In this document: positions 62,137 through 64,000 of the stretch, one piece after another
Layout of the letters: each line of letters opens with the position of its first letter
Position numbering within the stretch: the first letter of the stretch is position 1
Source of the DNA: Mobula hypostoma
Lineage: Eukaryota
Reading direction: 5' to 3'
Assembly: GCF_963921235.1 (NCBI RefSeq)
Contig: NC_086097.1
Span: forward strand, 203,052,001 to 203,116,000
Length of the DNA stretch: 64,000 nucleotides
Notes under the pieces: generated by a model
The model's database searches: none
What the model was told of the DNA's origin: nothing
Seen by the model: only the letters and a program-made list of their open reading frames with translations
Program-made: the position numbers and the translations under genes

Positions 62137-62909
62137 TATATTCATAGTATCTACGTAATGTCTCCCAAATGATCATAATGAAGATGGAAGAAATTAGCAC
62201 TTCATGACTGGCTTCCATTAATGAGTTTTAAGAATTTCTTGGGCACAGAACTATTACAAGCTTTCTGCCCTGAACTCTCTTATAATAAACATAATGACAC
62301 TAGAGCTACCTTGTACCCGAGGTCATTAGAAACCATTTGTATATTGGCTTGTTGGATGGCTGCAGCTCAAATAGCTGCCCAAATGTTTTAAATTCAAGCA
62401 GCATGGGAATAGGGTGGGAAAACAGAGATTAGTATCAGTCATGCAATTCTGGCTTTTGAAATTATTTGTTTAGGAATCTAACCAGCATATGTGATTTTAA
62501 ATAATATAATTAGCTAGATATATATGACCCGAATTACATGGGTTCCACACACACCAACAAAATGATACTTTACCTTCATGATGGAAGTACAGAATTATGG
62601 GGTGACTAACAGCAGAAATGTCAAATCTGAACTTAACGCAACTCTTATCTTATGAGTGGTACAGTTCAGGAACAACTTCAGTGTCAGGTAGAAGTCAGAA
62701 TGGAAATCATTACACTATGAAGCTTACCATCAAAAACCACAAACCTGAAATACTTAAAAAGAATTAGAAGATGGAATAAATACTGTATTTAACAACTAAG
62801 TTATATCCTAGATGAAAGCAAATTAACTCATCCTATTTGATGCAGTAACTTAAAAATTGTTATTTTTTAATTATTATTTCTGATAATTTACTCCATTAGT
62901 GATGAGTAC

Positions 62910-63058
62910 CTTCTTCCTGGAACGTCCCACTGACAGTGTGGGATCTTGAGAGTTATACGAGAAGCTCTGAACGCCAGTAGAGAAGTCAAACTGACTCATT
63001 TCTTCACTGAGACTACTGTCAACCATGTATGACTGGGAAGACAAATAATGGGGTCCTG
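62910..63058 (-). CDS. PRKDC: DNA-PKcs coding exon (PQR phosphorylation cluster)
   Basis: Translates [49 protein letters not shown], matching human [40 protein letters not shown] acceptor at 63059-63060, GT donor at 62908-62909; 149 nt, phase 1 to 0. Confidence 0.95.
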
Positions 63059-63539
63059 CTGAATAAAGAGAAGGGTCATCAACAACAGGCTGAAGTTAGA
63101 CACGTCTTCTGAACTTCCAAATGGATTCACCATGCATGCAATGCTTGTGCACACAAAGACTGATGCGCAAGTGGAACCACCTTCAATATTCAGTTATACT
63201 ACTTGTGCAAAATTTTTACCATGTACTCTAAGCCCAAGAAAAGTTGAGACCTCAAACTTTCAGGGAGATTGAGGGTAAGCTAAAGCAGCTTTGCTCTGGG
63301 CATTGGTCCTCCTAAAGATAAGACTTCTCCTTTAACATTTCATTGTTAGAAATCCTCATCATCTATCCATCCGGCTACTGTCCTCTTTGCCTTTCAGACT
63401 TTTCTCTGGTCCCTTCCTCTCAAAAATTTTGTCTCCACTCTCTGCATTGATGGGAGATCATAGAGAATAGCCTAGTTGTGCATTTACAGTCACATTTACA
63501 CATTTATTTTATTTAGAGATACAGCACAGTAACAGGCCA

Positions 63540-64000
63540 TTATGGGTCAACTCTATGAAGAGGCAACTAAAATTTATAATAACAATAGAGTGATTGATAT
63601 CATTTACTTGCACTTTCAGAAGGCTTTTGACAAGGTATCCCATAAGATGTACCCCATCAAATTACAGAAAGTAGAGATTCAGAATAAGATGTGCGAATGG
63701 ATGCAGAATTGGCTCAAAAAAAAACAGAAAACGAGTTATGGCGAGAGGATCATTTTCACACCTAGAAGATGTTAAAAATGCAGTTCTGCAGGGATCGGTT
63801 TTTCTGTCTTTAATTTACATTAATGATTTGGATAAGCACATAACCGATAAACTAGTAAAGTTTGCCGATGACACAAAATAAGGGGGATGGGCTGAATACA
63901 TTCAGGCAGCAGAATCAATACAGTTAGATCTAAACGAAATCCAGATATGGGCAGATAAATGACAGATGAAATTTAAATGTAAAATAATACATGTAGGAAG
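63540..64000 (+). mobile_element. Old CR1 RT fragment running off the window end
   Basis: IYLHFQKAFDKVSH and KFADDTK motifs, with stops. Confidence 0.8.

Noticed and set aside
1..64000. CRISPR arrays, retrons or other prokaryotic RT/defence systems
   Set aside because: The DNA is eukaryotic with spliceosomal introns. Every RT belongs to L1, CR1, Rex1 or Gypsy elements, and no repeat-spacer array was seen.

Overview
Vertebrate genomic DNA, most likely a cartilaginous fish (inferred from the CR1/Rex1/Penelope/V-SINE repeat mix). The window appears to lie entirely inside PRKDC (DNA-PKcs), which is transcribed on the minus strand. I reconstructed 19 consecutive coding exons (63058 down to 9227; 2876 nt, about 959 codons). 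All have GT-AG boundaries, and phases match at every junction. They span roughly human residues 2020-2975: PQR cluster, M-HEAT, ABCDE cluster, DEB helix, YRPD motif and the start of FAT. The introns are packed with transposable elements: a full-length, TSD-flanked L1 with a single ORF2 nonsense codon, nested CR1 and Rex1/Babar LINEs, a decayed Mag-type Ty3/Gypsy element interrupted by a Harbinger element, three Tc1 copies, a Tc1 MITE, a hAT-Charlie element, SINEs, and Penelope-like 3' ends. The most notable observations are: minimal type I hammerhead ribozyme motifs in the Penelope-like repeats (one intact, inside a TSD-flanked fold-back); an inverted copy of the L1 5' terminus inside its inter-ORF spacer; and loss of the T2638-Q phosphosite context and the DEVD caspase site in DNA-PKcs. 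Human comparisons and residue numbers are from memory, not from a database search.
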